Positions 50,531-61,050 of a stretch of 64,000 nucleotides of DNA are shown here, piece by piece. Position 1 is the first letter of the stretch. The number at the start of each line of letters is the position of its first letter. Origin of the DNA: Candidatus Poribacteria bacterium (lineage in GTDB: Bacteria > Poribacteria > WGA-4E > WGA-3G); NCBI GenBank assembly GCA_965215265.1, contig OZ244048.1, positions 3,040,001-3,104,000 of the forward strand, in the 5' to 3' direction. The translations under genes were made by a program, and so were the position numbers. A model generated the notes under the pieces. It was given only the letters and a program-made list of their open reading frames with translations. It searched no databases and was not told the DNA's origin.

Positions 50531-51344
50531 ATTTCCGATTTCCAAAAATATAACGGCTTGACTTCTTCTTTGGATTTCGCGTTTTATACCCTTTTGTGGG
50601 AACACCCCAGGGAGTAACTGGATGTCTTCCGCCGGAACTTTTCCCTTCACCTCCACCGTGTGGGTGGTCAATCGGGTTCATCGCGACACCTCGTACTTTT
50701 GGACGTTTTCCTAACCATCTAGAACGCCCAGCTTTACCAATTACAATTTTCCCGACATTGCCGACCTGTCCGAGAGTTGCCATTGATTGGACTGGGATGA
50801 GCCGAATCTCACCGGAAGGCAGCCGGATCCGCGCGTATTTTCCTTCTCTGTCAACAAGTTGAGCGGCTCCCCCGGCACTGCGTACTAATTGTCCGCCTTT
50901 ACCAGGGCGCATCTCTATATTATGAATTGACGAACCGAGCGGAATCTTTTCAAGCGGCAAAGCATTTCCCGCTTGAATTTCTGCAGATGGGCCTGAATTG
51001 AGCCGGTCACCAACTTGGATGCCGACGGGGGCGAGGATGTACCGTTTTTCGCCATCAACATAGTGGAGCAAGGCAATATGTGCAGAACGATTCGGGTCAT
51101 ATTCAATAGATGCAACTTTAGCTGGAATGCCAAACTTATCTCGTTTGAAATCAATAATCCGGTACCGGCGTTTGTGCCCACCGCCGCGGCGTCTCACCGT
51201 TAATCGCCCTGTCGCGTTACGGCCAGCTTTCTGTTTTTTGCCTTTGACGAGCGATTTCTCAGGCTTGCTTCGGGTAATCTCTTCAAAGGTATACCCGGTC
51301 ATAAACCTACGGCTTGGGGTTACAGGTGAATATGTCTTAGGCAT
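50529..51344 (-). CDS. rplB: 50S ribosomal protein L2
   Basis: [23 protein letters not shown] and [16 protein letters not shown]. Confidence 0.98.
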   Translation of the reverse strand: MPKTYSPVTPSRRFMTGYTFEEITRSKPEKSLVKGKKQKAGRNATGRLTVRRRGGGHKRRYRIIDFKRDKFGIPAKVASIEYDPNRSAHIALLHYVDGEKRYILAPVGIQVGDRLNSGPSAEIQAGNALPLEKIPLGSSIHNIEMRPGKGGQLVRSAGGAAQLVDREGKYARIRLPSGEIRLIPVQSMATLGQVGNVGKIVIGKAGRSRWLGKRPKVRGVAMNPIDHPHGGGEGKSSGGRHPVTPWGVPTKGYKTRNPKKKSSRYIFGNRK

Positions 51345-51412
51345 TTTTTCTCCAATGTACTCATCTAATCCGGCGGCAATGCATTACCCGCTACTCAGCA
51401 CTTGAATTCTTA

Positions 51413-51712
51413 TTAAATCGTTTCAAATGCCTGGATGGTTGCCCCTTCTCTTAGCGTAATAATCGCTTTCTTCCAATGTGGGCGCCGTCCGCGTTGGTAC
51501 CGGAGCATCTTTCCTTTCGGTTTTCCTCGAACCTGCATGGTTCGAACGCTGACAATGTCGCCTTTGATGTCAAACAATTCCTCAGCAGCTTGGCGAATCT
51601 GGATTTTCGTTGCATTTTTATTTACAACAAAAGCGTATTTGTTAGATTCGCGGAGGACAGTGCTTTTTTCCGTAATCTGGGGTTGTAATATAATTTGGTA
51701 TATGTCTTTCAT
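51413..51712 (-). CDS. rplW: 50S ribosomal protein L23
   Basis: P.ITEKS, ATK.QI..A and WKKAIITL. Confidence 0.96.
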   Translation of the reverse strand: MKDIYQIILQPQITEKSTVLRESNKYAFVVNKNATKIQIRQAAEELFDIKGDIVSVRTMQVRGKPKGKMLRYQRGRRPHWKKAIITLREGATIQAFETI

Positions 51713-51779
51713 AATACGTCTCTTAACATCGGCTAGGCAAACTTACCAGATAAGGTTCACGAACGAAGCCGTTTATCGT

Positions 51780-52460
51780 TCACTCGGACACTTCGACTGA
51801 AGAATCGTCGAGCGGCTCCGATTCTGAATCCGGATTCGCAAATTTAGTTTGCATCTTATCCACAGCCTTTTCGGTAATTACCAGCGTGTCGTGCCACATA
51901 ACCTGGTAGATGTTAAGCATGTTCCAGGTGCAGCTATTAACTTGTGGGATATTCCGAATAGAGAGGTGGATATTGGAACTATGTTCGTCAAGGACAAAAA
52001 GGACCTTTCCTTGTGCATTTACTGCCTTTAACAAGTTCACCATATCTTTTGTCCGTGGACGTTCAAGTGTGAAATCTTCAATGAGTATACACTGCTGATT
52101 TTGGAACCGGTCTGCAAGGGCCCCATGTAGTCCGAGTCGGCGGACCTGTTTGGGAGTACGTTGTCGATAACTACGAGGTTTCGGCCCGAACGCTACCCCT
52201 CCATGAACTCGGTTCGGGGATTTGGCGTTACCTACACGTGCTCTGCCTGTCCCCTTCTGGCGGTATAGTTTTTTTCCACTGCCTTTGACTTCACTACGGC
52301 TTTTCGTGGAGGCGTTCCCTTGCCGCTGATTAGCAAGGTAGGCAACAACACACTGGTGAATGACAGGCGCGTTTACCTCAGTGTCGGTGAAGGTCTTTGC
52401 TAATTCCTTTTGTCGTAGGACATCTCCTGATGGGCTATAGACATCTAAAGTTGACATCAC
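51780..52460 (-). CDS. rplD: 50S ribosomal protein L4
   Basis: RQG..STK.RSEV.G, RQKGTGRAR.G and FGPKPR.Y. Confidence 0.97.
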   Translation of the reverse strand: MMSTLDVYSPSGDVLRQKELAKTFTDTEVNAPVIHQCVVAYLANQRQGNASTKSRSEVKGSGKKLYRQKGTGRARVGNAKSPNRVHGGVAFGPKPRSYRQRTPKQVRRLGLHGALADRFQNQQCILIEDFTLERPRTKDMVNLLKAVNAQGKVLFVLDEHSSNIHLSIRNIPQVNSCTWNMLNIYQVMWHDTLVITEKAVDKMQTKFANPDSESEPLDDSSVEVSE

Positions 52461-52495
52461 CTATTCTCCTTTATGCATCGTAACACGAATGAATT

Positions 52496-53140
52496 TTAGA
52501 CATCCACTGCGGCTTTAGCTGCCTTCTTGATTAGTAGAAGTCCATTGTTTGGGCCGGGAACCGCGCCTTTCACGACAAGCAAATTCCTTTCGGCATCTGC
52601 TTGAATGATATGTAAATTTTGCACGGTATGCCGTTTAGCCCCGTAACGGCCGGCCATCCGTTTGCCTTTGAAAACTCGTGATGGTGTCGCGCTTGCCCCG
52701 ATAGAACCTGGACGGCGAAGATCTTGTTCGCCCCCATGGCTTTTTCTACCGCCTGCAAATTTCCAACGTCTGACAACCCCAGAGAAGCCACGCCCTTTGG
52801 AGGTACCGGTTACGTCAACGAGCTCACCTTCTGAAAAGAGATTCGCGTCAACGGTGCTGCCAACGGATACGTGGTCAAGGCTGTTCACTCGGAATTCTCG
52901 GAGTACCACCGTTGGGTCGACCTTTGCCTTAGCGAAATGTCCCTGCTTTGGCTGATTCGTGCGACCTTCCTTCGCCGGTCTGAATCCGAGTTGTACTGCT
53001 TGATAGCCATCTTTTTCTTGCGTTTTGAGTTGGACAATCGGACACGGTCCTGCTTCAATAACAGTGACAGGTACGGCTTCTCCTGACTCCTCAAAAACTT
53101 GTGTCATGCCGATTTTTCGTCCAATAAGCCCGTTAACCAT
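52496..53140 (-). CDS. rplC: 50S ribosomal protein L3
   Basis: [26 protein letters not shown] and KGAVPG. Confidence 0.98.
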   Translation of the reverse strand: MVNGLIGRKIGMTQVFEESGEAVPVTVIEAGPCPIVQLKTQEKDGYQAVQLGFRPAKEGRTNQPKQGHFAKAKVDPTVVLREFRVNSLDHVSVGSTVDANLFSEGELVDVTGTSKGRGFSGVVRRWKFAGGRKSHGGEQDLRRPGSIGASATPSRVFKGKRMAGRYGAKRHTVQNLHIIQADAERNLLVVKGAVPGPNNGLLLIKKAAKAAVDV

Positions 53141-53152
53141 CTTCCATGACTC

Positions 53153-53464
53153 CTATAAAAGAACAATTTTTACATCAACTCCCGCCGGTAGGTCCAAGCG
53201 CATTAGAGCATCAACGGTTTTGGGTGTTGTCTCTAAAATATCCAACAACCGTTTATGGATGCGCATCTCAAATTGTTCACGCGACTTTTTGTCTTTAAAC
53301 GTCGAGCGTTGAACAGTATAAGTATGCTTCTTCGTCGGCAACGGGATGGGTCCGGAGACAGCGGCCCCCGTACGTTTAGCTGTGTCCGCTATCTGTTTTG
53401 ACGAAAAGTCTAGCAACCGGTAGTCAAAGGCTTTGAGTCGAATACGAATTTTTTGATTGTCCAT
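53153..53464 (-). CDS. rpsJ: 30S ribosomal protein S10
   Basis: [17 protein letters not shown] and [12 protein letters not shown]; ATG at 53464. Confidence 0.98.
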   Translation of the reverse strand: MDNQKIRIRLKAFDYRLLDFSSKQIADTAKRTGAAVSGPIPLPTKKHTYTVQRSTFKDKKSREQFEMRIHKRLLDILETTPKTVDALMRLDLPAGVDVKIVLL

Positions 53465-53526
53465 TCTGTTCCTCTTTGATTGCGATTGTCCCCTTTTGCT
53501 TAAAAGCAAAAGGGGTGAATGGCAAT

Positions 53527-54726
53527 TTATTCGAGAATTTTGGAGACAACACCTGCCCCGATAGTATGTCCGCCTTCCCGGATTGCGAATCGAAGTTGCT
53601 CTTCCATAGCAATCGGTTTGGACAACTCGACCGTAATTTGCGCGTTGTCACCAGGCATAATCATTTCAATGCCTTCAGGCAAATCCATTCTACCGGTCAC
53701 GTCCGTTGTCCGGAAATAGAATTGTGGGCGGTATCCGCTAAAGAAAGGGTTCCAGCGTCCCCCTTCTTCCTTAGTCAGGATGTAAGCTTCGGCTTCAAAC
53801 TTTGTATGTGGCGTAACAGTTCCAGGGATTGACAAGACCTGTCCGCGTTCAACTTCATCTCGGTCTATGCCTCGCAGTAAAGCCCCGATATTATCGCCTG
53901 CTCGTCCTTCATCTAGAAATTTTCGGAACATCTCAACCCCTGTTACAACAGTGGTTTGTGTGTCGCGGAGTCCGACAATTTCGACATCATTTCCGACGTT
54001 AATGATTCCGCGTTCAACGCGTCCGGTGACAACAGTGCCGCGCCCACTGATCGTGAAAATGTCCTCTATCGGCATCAGAAAAGGCTTTTCAGTATCCCGG
54101 ACCGGTTCCGGAATGAATTCATCAACGGCTTCCATTAAATCAAGGATAGGCTTACATTCGTCGCTTCCTGGATCGCCGGCAGATTCCATCGCTTGAAGTG
54201 CAGAACCTGCGATAATAGGGACGTCGTCGCCTGGAAATTCATACTCTGACAGCAATTCCCGTACTTCCAATTCAACGAGTTCAATCAGTTCTTCGTCGTC
54301 TACCATGTCTGCCTTATTGAGGAAGACTACGAGAGACGGCACGTTGACCTGGCGTGCAAGTAGGACGTGCTCACGAGTTTGTGGCATCGGTCCATCTGCA
54401 GCAGAGACAACCAGAATCGCGCCATCCATCTGTGCAGCCCCGGTAATCATGTTTTTGATATAGTCAGCGTGTCCGGGGCAATCGACGTGTGCATAGTGGC
54501 GGTTCTCTGTTTCGTACTCAACGTGTGCTGTGTTAATAGTAATACCACGTTCTTTTTCCTCTGGTGCTTTGTCAATTTCGTCATAGGTCATGACGTAGTT
54601 TTTATTAGCAAGATTCGAAAGTACCATGGTAATTGCGGCGGTGAGAGTCGTCTTCCCATGGTCAACGTGGCCGATAGTTCCAATATTGACGTGTGGCTTA
54701 GTCCTTTCAAACGTTTCCTTAGCCAT
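53527..54726 (-). CDS. tuf: Elongation factor Tu
   Basis: [21 protein letters not shown] and [14 protein letters not shown]. Confidence 0.99.
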   Translation of the reverse strand: MAKETFERTKPHVNIGTIGHVDHGKTTLTAAITMVLSNLANKNYVMTYDEIDKAPEEKERGITINTAHVEYETENRHYAHVDCPGHADYIKNMITGAAQMDGAILVVSAADGPMPQTREHVLLARQVNVPSLVVFLNKADMVDDEELIELVELEVRELLSEYEFPGDDVPIIAGSALQAMESAGDPGSDECKPILDLMEAVDEFIPEPVRDTEKPFLMPIEDIFTISGRGTVVTGRVERGIINVGNDVEIVGLRDTQTTVVTGVEMFRKFLDEGRAGDNIGALLRGIDRDEVERGQVLSIPGTVTPHTKFEAEAYILTKEEGGRWNPFFSGYRPQFYFRTTDVTGRMDLPEGIEMIMPGDNAQITVELSKPIAMEEQLRFAIREGGHTIGAGVVSKILE

Positions 54727-54805
54727 TTTTGTGCAAACTCCATTGTGCTCTCCTAAAAAACGTTTTTAGAAAAGCGCAGTAAAATTAAGGAATCCTAAAT
54801 AGATT

Positions 54806-56902
54806 CTATTTAGAAATTAAGTCCTCCATCAGACTTGTGGGGACTTCACTATAATGCGAGAACTCCATAGAATAGTGCGCTCTGCCTTGGGTAAGAGAGC
54901 GAAGAGTCTTTACATAGCCGAACATTTCTGAGAGCGGAACATCAACGTGTATAAGTTGGACTCGGGCTTTCGCTTGAAGTTCCGTTTCACGTATCTGCGC
55001 ACGCCGCGCATTGAGGTCTCCGATGACTTTACCGAGATATTGGTCCGGAACAATGACTTCAACGGCCATAATCGGTTCCAAGAGTGCCGGATTTGCCCGT
55101 TTCAGTGCATCTTTAAATGCCATTGAGCCTGCAATCCCGAATGCCATTTCCGAGGAGTCTACAGGATGGTGTGAGCCGTCTACTAGTCGGACTGCTACAT
55201 CAACCACAGGGTATCCGGCTAAAACGCCGACATTCATGGCATTCTCAATACCTTTTCGGACAGCCGGAATGTACTCTTGTGGAATCACTCCGCCCTTCGT
55301 TTGGTCGGTAAATTCAAAGCCGGTGCCTTTTTCAAGGGGTTCAACCTCAATGTAAACATGCCCAAATTGCCCTCTGCCACCGGATTGGCGAACAAAACGG
55401 CCTTCCGCTTTAACAGGCTTCCGGATCGTTTCACGATACGCAACCTCAGGATTGCCCACATTTGCGGATACATTGAATTCGCGTACGAGCCGGTCTACAA
55501 TGATTTCCAAATGTAATTCTCCCATACCTGAGAGCAAAGTCTGTCCTGTGTCAGCATCTTGGTGAACTTTAAACGTCGGATCTTCTTCGGCTAGTTTTGA
55601 GAGAGCGAGGTTCAATTTATCAATATCCGACTGGGTTCGTGGTTCCACTGCTACAGCCATAACAGGTAAAGGAAATTCCATGGTTTCTAAGGTGATATGT
55701 GATTTCGGATCGCAGATAGTATCGCCTGTTGAGAGCTCTTTTAATCCGATTGCAGCGGCGATATCTCCCGCCGTAATGGATGTAACTTCCTCACGTTTGT
55801 TGGCGTGCATCTGCATCAACCGTCCGATTCTTTCATGCTTACCACGCTTACTATTGTAAACGGTATCACCTTTCTTTAGAACCCCTGAATAGACACGAAG
55901 GTAGGTAAGTTTGCCAACGTGTGGATCGGTGGTAATTTTGAAAGCCAATGCACAGAAAGGATCGTTATTGTCTGCTTGTCGTATCTGCTCCGATTCTGTT
56001 TTCGGATCGAAACCGACAATTGGTGGTACATCGGTAGGTGCAGGGAGGTAAGAGACGATTCCATCTAAGAGAGGTTGGACACCTTTGTTCTTTAAAGCAG
56101 TTCCACAGAGAACCGGAACAACCTTGCCACTGAGTGTCGCGGTTCTGATTCCGGCCTTAACTTCTTCTGGAGAGAGTTCGATGCCATCTAGGAATTTAAC
56201 GAGCAGCTCATCATCCACTTCGGCGATCGCCTCAAGCAGCAGTTCACGGTACTCGTTTGCCATATCTTCCATCTCTTTCGGGATATCTGTTTCATGAATG
56301 ACGGCACCGAGGCTTCCTTCATCCCACAACTGTCCTTTCATTGAAATGATATCTACTATACCTTTGAACTGTTCTGCTGAGCCGATTGGGAGCTGAACAG
56401 GAATAGCTGTAGCCCCCAAGCGTTCTTCCATCATTTCAACGGTGCGGAAGAAGTCTGCTCCGGTTCTATCCATTTTATTGACGAATGCGATGCGTGGGAT
56501 GTTATACTTATCTGCTTGCCGCCAGACCGTTTCAGATTGCGGTTCAACCCCGCCAACTGCACAGAATACTGCAACTGCGCCGTCGAGAACGCGAAGAGAA
56601 CGTTCCACTTCGACGGTAAAATCAATATGGCCCGGTGTATCAATGATGTTGATATGGTGTGCTTTCCATTGACAGGTTGTCGCAGCAGCAGTAATAGTAA
56701 TGCCACGTTCCTGTTCTTGCACCATCCAATCCATCGTAGTTGTTCCATCGTCCACTTCACCAATGCGGTAAACACGGCCGGTATAATACAAGATACGTTC
56801 GGTTACAGTGGTTTTCCCGGCATCAATATGTGCCATGATGCCTATATTCCGCATCTTGGGTAAATCTAAACGATGTTGATTTTTGTGGTTCTTATCTGCC
56901 AC
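54806..56902 (-). CDS. fusA: Elongation factor G
   Basis: [28 protein letters not shown] and QSGGRGQFG. Confidence 0.99.
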   Translation of the reverse strand: MADKNHKNQHRLDLPKMRNIGIMAHIDAGKTTVTERILYYTGRVYRIGEVDDGTTTMDWMVQEQERGITITAAATTCQWKAHHINIIDTPGHIDFTVEVERSLRVLDGAVAVFCAVGGVEPQSETVWRQADKYNIPRIAFVNKMDRTGADFFRTVEMMEERLGATAIPVQLPIGSAEQFKGIVDIISMKGQLWDEGSLGAVIHETDIPKEMEDMANEYRELLLEAIAEVDDELLVKFLDGIELSPEEVKAGIRTATLSGKVVPVLCGTALKNKGVQPLLDGIVSYLPAPTDVPPIVGFDPKTESEQIRQADNNDPFCALAFKITTDPHVGKLTYLRVYSGVLKKGDTVYNSKRGKHERIGRLMQMHANKREEVTSITAGDIAAAIGLKELSTGDTICDPKSHITLETMEFPLPVMAVAVEPRTQSDIDKLNLALSKLAEEDPTFKVHQDADTGQTLLSGMGELHLEIIVDRLVREFNVSANVGNPEVAYRETIRKPVKAEGRFVRQSGGRGQFGHVYIEVEPLEKGTGFEFTDQTKGGVIPQEYIPAVRKGIENAMNVGVLAGYPVVDVAVRLVDGSHHPVDSSEMAFGIAGSMAFKDALKRANPALLEPIMAVEVIVPDQYLGKVIGDLNARRAQIRETELQAKARVQLIHVDVPLSEMFGYVKTLRSLTQGRAHYSMEFSHYSEVPTSLMEDLISK

Positions 56903-57020
56903 GATTTTTTTTGTCCTTTGAGGCTTGTTAACTTCGCGTGCGTGGTATCAGCCGCGTTAAGTTAAGAATGTACGAAAGTTTGCATCCACCTAATCCGCGG
57001 ACTTGCTGCGGTTATAATCC

Positions 57021-57491
57021 TTACCACCGGTAATGTGCGAAGGCTCTATTGGCTTCTGCCATTCGATGCTGTTCCTGTTTACGGCGGATTGCCCCGCCAT
57101 CGTTTTGTGACGCGTCCATCAATTCACCAGCAAGGCGTTGTGCCATGCGTTTCTCGCCGCGTGCCCGTGCAGATTGAATAATCCAACTAAAAGCGAGCCG
57201 GATTTTGCGTTCGGCCTTGACATCAATAGGAACCTGATAGGTTTGGCTGCCGACGCGCCGCGGGCGAATTTCTAACGCTGGTTTGACATTGTTAATTGCT
57301 TTCTGGAACACAGCGAAACCATCTTCCTGGGTCCGCTCTCCAATTATCTCAAAACTCTCATACAGGATACGCTGCGCAGTGCTCTTCTTCCCATCCAACA
57401 TGAGACTGTTGATAAATTTTGATACAAGCTTACTGTTGTAAGTTGCATCCGGGGTAACATCGCGCTTGGTAACGTTTCCACGTCTCGGCAT
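57021..57491 (-). CDS. rpsG: 30S ribosomal protein S7
   Basis: MPRR, DGKKS.A, TYQVP and MAEANRAFAHYRW; ATG at 57491. Confidence 0.98.
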   Translation of the reverse strand: MPRRGNVTKRDVTPDATYNSKLVSKFINSLMLDGKKSTAQRILYESFEIIGERTQEDGFAVFQKAINNVKPALEIRPRRVGSQTYQVPIDVKAERKIRLAFSWIIQSARARGEKRMAQRLAGELMDASQNDGGAIRRKQEQHRMAEANRAFAHYRW

Positions 57492-57516
57492 CTCTTTTTC
57501 CTCCGCGGAGTGTGCC

Positions 57517-57885
57517 TTATGGCTTTCGTGCTCCGTATTTTGAGCGTCCCTGCCGGCGGTTGTCAACACCTGCCGTATCCAACTTGCCACGAACGATGTG
57601 ATAACGAACGTTAGAAAGATCTTTTACGCGGCCGCCTCGTACTAAAACGACTGAGTGCTCTTGCAAGTTGTGATCTATGCCCGGAATATAACAGGTTGCC
57701 TCATAGCCAGAAGTAAAACGGACCCGGGCGACTTTGCGCAAGGCCGAATTTGGTTTACTCGGCGTTACCGTTTTTACCTGTAAACAGATACCACGACGCT
57801 GTGGGCACTGCTGAAGCACAGGTGACTTTGTCTTCTTCCGGTACTTTTTGCGCGGTTTTTTAATTAACTGGTTAATTGTTGGCAT
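57517..57885 (-). CDS. rpsL: 30S ribosomal protein S12
   Basis: [26 protein letters not shown] and RSKYG; ATG at 57885. Confidence 0.98.
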   Translation of the reverse strand: MPTINQLIKKPRKKYRKKTKSPVLQQCPQRRGICLQVKTVTPSKPNSALRKVARVRFTSGYEATCYIPGIDHNLQEHSVVLVRGGRVKDLSNVRYHIVRGKLDTAGVDNRRQGRSKYGARKP

Positions 57886-58019
57886 TCTTTCTTTATATAC
57901 GGCCTTCATCCAAGCAGTGCCCGGCGATTGCCCTCCTGACTATAAACACCATACCCGAACCGGGCTTTATAGGTGGCTACTGTTACATCCCTTTCCAATC
58001 CACTCGATCGAAATACAAT

Positions 58020-58039
58020 AAAAAAGCCCCGCGCGGGGC
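58020..58039 (-). terminator. Intrinsic terminator-like hairpin inside the rpsL leader
   Basis: Minus strand GCCCC-GCGC-GGGGC followed by TTTTTT. Confidence 0.55.
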
Positions 58040-58251
58040 AGCGAGTGAATTGCAGAGCGAAAATTAAGTGCTCAACTTGCGCAACTTCAACCCATAATAT
58101 CTGTTAGCAAGATAGACTTGCTAGTTGCGCCCTACAACAAAACATATTAACGCAAAATTTAGAATCAACGTTAGAATGTTTCCAATATAATTGCCCCTTT
58201 TCTGGTCTTAGAGAGACCCAAAAAGAATTGATTAGCGTTGCATAAAATGTA

Positions 58252-58280
58252 ATTATATCATAAAATTTCCAGTTTGTCAA
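58252..58280 (-). promoter_or_regulatory. Consensus sigma70 promoter upstream of the str operon
   Basis: TTGACA-17 bp-TATAAT with an extended TG and an A-rich upstream tract. Confidence 0.8.
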
Positions 58281-58367
58281 ATTTTTTTTGAAAAAACAAC
58301 TTTTTCTTAAATTTAAAGTGCAGATTTTGTCAATTTGACGAATATCTTGCAAATTTTTATGAAAAAA

Positions 58368-59672
58368 TTAACTTCCGTCTTGCAAATTACCGCGAATAAA
58401 TACGTCCCGGACGTTAAAATTTTCATCAAGGATTACAATATCGGCGGCTTTACCGCGGCCAATTGAACCGAGCTGGTCAGCGATGCCTAAATTATGTGCT
58501 GGCGTTAACGTTGCCATTGTTAACGCTTCCTCTAAGGAGTACCCCCACCCCATAACGTTCTCGATTCCATCCATGAGAGTTATATTTGCACCAGCAAGGC
58601 GCTCACTCGTTTTTCCAAGATCCAGCCACATCGCTCCATTTTTTACATATTTCTTCGCTTCTTGCGACGATGATTTTTCCAAACGGTAGGCATCAAATCC
58701 TGAAATATAAGTCGCATCAGCCTGCCATACCTCAGGTGAGACACCAGCGAGTTCGGTACAATCTGTAATTAATCCGACGTTGTGTATCCCTTTTCGACGA
58801 ACCAAAATATCGCCCCAAAAGGGGTGAACATGCTGTTCATCAACGATGAGTTCGGCATGAATACCTTTATGGGCGAAGACAGCTTCTAACGCACCAAGGT
58901 TCCGGTGATGCATACCGCTCATGCCGTTATACGTATGGGTTGCCCGTGTGACCCCGGCATCGATTGCCGCCATGGCTTGTTCGTACGTTGCGTTTGTGTG
59001 TCCCATAGCCACAACGATGTTGTTGTAAGCCTCTGTCCGGTTGGCAGTAAGGTGCTTGATAAATTGGAATCGTGATTGTTCCGTTGCTCCTATATCGTTT
59101 TCCGGTGCAACAGAGATGACTTTTAAGGTTCCATCTGAGGCAGCCCACATAGCGTGGAATTCTTCAAAGTTAGGAGGCGTAATGTACCTCGCATCCTGAG
59201 CGCCGTTCTTAGCAAGACTTCCAAATTTTCCTTCTACATAAGAACCTAAAATACGGGCACCGTCTTCGATTGGAGTGTCTACGACATGCGCTATTGCTTT
59301 CAAGGAAGCGTTGATCTGTTCCATACTCCCTGAGGAAATACCCAAAACCAGTGAAGTAACTCCGTTGGTGACGTGTGCACGAGCAATTTTGTGTATGTCT
59401 TCAACTTTTCCTGTCATCGTATCAACGCCGCCGCCGCCGTGTACGAGAGCATCTATGAGGCCTGGGATGATTGTGCAACCAGCAGCATCAATTATCTTAG
59501 AGGTACTACGAGGCACAGCATCTTCCGTTTTTATTTCCGAGATTTTATCGCCTTCTATAACGATGGTGCCTCGCCCTTGATGTTTCGGTGTATAAATATC
59601 CCCGTTTGTTATTGTAAACGTTTCCATAGTTTGTTTATTACAAATGACCGCGGTTTTCCAATTGTCCAGCAA
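58368..59672 (-). CDS. nagA: N-acetylglucosamine-6-phosphate deacetylase-like amidohydrolase
   Basis: PGLID..VHGGGG, VEG, APE, GHTNAT, THTYNGM, LITD and LAG; start may be 59627. Confidence 0.8.
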   Translation of the reverse strand: MLDNWKTAVICNKQTMETFTITNGDIYTPKHQGRGTIVIEGDKISEIKTEDAVPRSTSKIIDAAGCTIIPGLIDALVHGGGGVDTMTGKVEDIHKIARAHVTNGVTSLVLGISSGSMEQINASLKAIAHVVDTPIEDGARILGSYVEGKFGSLAKNGAQDARYITPPNFEEFHAMWAASDGTLKVISVAPENDIGATEQSRFQFIKHLTANRTEAYNNIVVAMGHTNATYEQAMAAIDAGVTRATHTYNGMSGMHHRNLGALEAVFAHKGIHAELIVDEQHVHPFWGDILVRRKGIHNVGLITDCTELAGVSPEVWQADATYISGFDAYRLEKSSSQEAKKYVKNGAMWLDLGKTSERLAGANITLMDGIENVMGWGYSLEEALTMATLTPAHNLGIADQLGSIGRGKAADIVILDENFNVRDVFIRGNLQDGS

Positions 59673-59675
59673 TGC

Positions 59676-60209
59676 CTACTGTGCCCGTTCCATAAAGATA
59701 AAACTGTAGGAGTACGGATTTTTCTCATCCGCTTCTCGGTCAATGCGCTTGACTTCCCTCCACTCCGTCGTATCAAACGTAGGAAAATAGACATTCCCGT
59801 CAAAGACGTGGTGGATTTGTGTCAGATAGAGTCGGTGAGCATGAGGTAAAAATGTTTTATAAACAGGTGCGCCACCACATATCATAAGTTCTTCGCAATC
59901 TGCTGCAACAGCCAAGACCTCCTCTACCGAGTGAACAACGATGCAACTCTTTCGATGGATCTTGGTGTTAACCTGATACTTCTTGTTACGCGTGAGGATA
60001 ATGTTGAGTCGCTTGCCCAAGGGACGTTTGAGCGTTTCAAAAGTTTTCCGTCCCATGACAACGGGCTTTCCCACTGTCATGTCGCGGAAATGCCTCCGGT
60101 CGGCAGGCATTTCCCAAGGAATGTCTGCCCCGTTACCGATAAGCCGGTTTTTGTCAATTGCCGCAATCATTGAAATCAACATTTTTCGTTCACTCATATT
60201 ACCGAACAT
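59676..60209 (-). CDS. folA: Dihydrofolate reductase
   Basis: IAA...R.IG...IPW.MPAD..HF, MGRKTFE and ICGG..VY; start may be 60197. Confidence 0.95.
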   Translation of the reverse strand: MFGNMSERKMLISMIAAIDKNRLIGNGADIPWEMPADRRHFRDMTVGKPVVMGRKTFETLKRPLGKRLNIILTRNKKYQVNTKIHRKSCIVVHSVEEVLAVAADCEELMICGGAPVYKTFLPHAHRLYLTQIHHVFDGNVYFPTFDTTEWREVKRIDREADEKNPYSYSFIFMERAQ

Positions 60210-60250
60210 GTGGGCTGTTTATTATGCTGAATTACATTTACCTGCGTGAA

Positions 60251-61048
60251 TTAAACAATGAGAGGCGCGCGGATGGTATCATAATGCTCGTAAGCTGTTA
60301 ACTGAATATCTTGCATCTTGAAATCGTCAATTGATTGAACCTTCGGATTCAGTACAAGCCTCGGTAAAGGTAAAGGGTTTCGCTGAAGTTGCATTCTTAC
60401 CTGCTCAAAGTGGGCATGGTAGATGTGTGCATCTCCCAAAGTGAGGATAAACTCATTGGGTTCAAGATTTGTCACTTGTGCCACCATGCACAAAAGCATA
60501 GAATAGGAAGCAATATTGAAGGGCACGCCAAGAAACATATCGCAACTGCGCAGATACATCTGCAGCGACAACTTGCCCTCGGCAACAAAGAATTGAAAAA
60601 ATATGTGACACGGTGGTAAGGACATTTGGTCTAATTCGCCCGGATTCCAAGCAGTCACAACATGCCGTCGGCTGTTAGGGTTGTTCTTGAGTTGTTCAAT
60701 GACCTCGGCAAGCTGATCGAGCGGACCGTTTTTCGTTTGCCATCGTCGCCATTGGACACCATAAATTCTGCCGAGGTCTCCATCTTTTCCCCACGCTTCG
60801 GCGTTCGCATTCCATATCTGTGTGCCAAGTTTCTGAAATTGCTCCACCCTGTCGTAGCCTCGTAGGAATCCTAAGAGCTCAGCTTTTACAGAACGGAACG
60901 CAAGTTTCTTAGTCGTTACTGCTGGAAACCCATCCGCGAGATTGTAGCGCATTTGCATACCAAACAGTGCACGCGTTTGACCGTTCCTCCCATTCCGGTC
61001 AACTCCGGTATCTAATATCTGCAGGAGTCTTTCTAAATATTGCTGCAT
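60251..61048 (-). CDS. thyA: Thymidylate synthase
   Basis: FP.VTTKK, YGVQWR, LPPCH and RSCDMFLGVPFNIASY. Confidence 0.97.
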   Translation of the reverse strand: MQQYLERLLQILDTGVDRNGRNGQTRALFGMQMRYNLADGFPAVTTKKLAFRSVKAELLGFLRGYDRVEQFQKLGTQIWNANAEAWGKDGDLGRIYGVQWRRWQTKNGPLDQLAEVIEQLKNNPNSRRHVVTAWNPGELDQMSLPPCHIFFQFFVAEGKLSLQMYLRSCDMFLGVPFNIASYSMLLCMVAQVTNLEPNEFILTLGDAHIYHAHFEQVRMQLQRNPLPLPRLVLNPKVQSIDDFKMQDIQLTAYEHYDTIRAPLIV

Positions 61049-61050
61049 AT

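Noticed and set aside
39183-56863. Numerous plus-strand ORFs over the ribosomal cluster (e.g. 43754-44380, 48084-48704)
   Set aside because: Antisense shadows of conserved genes with no recognisable motifs
58104-58352. 82-aa ORF upstream of rpsL
   Set aside because: Spans the AT-rich promoter, has no RBS and does not resemble L7Ae/YbxF
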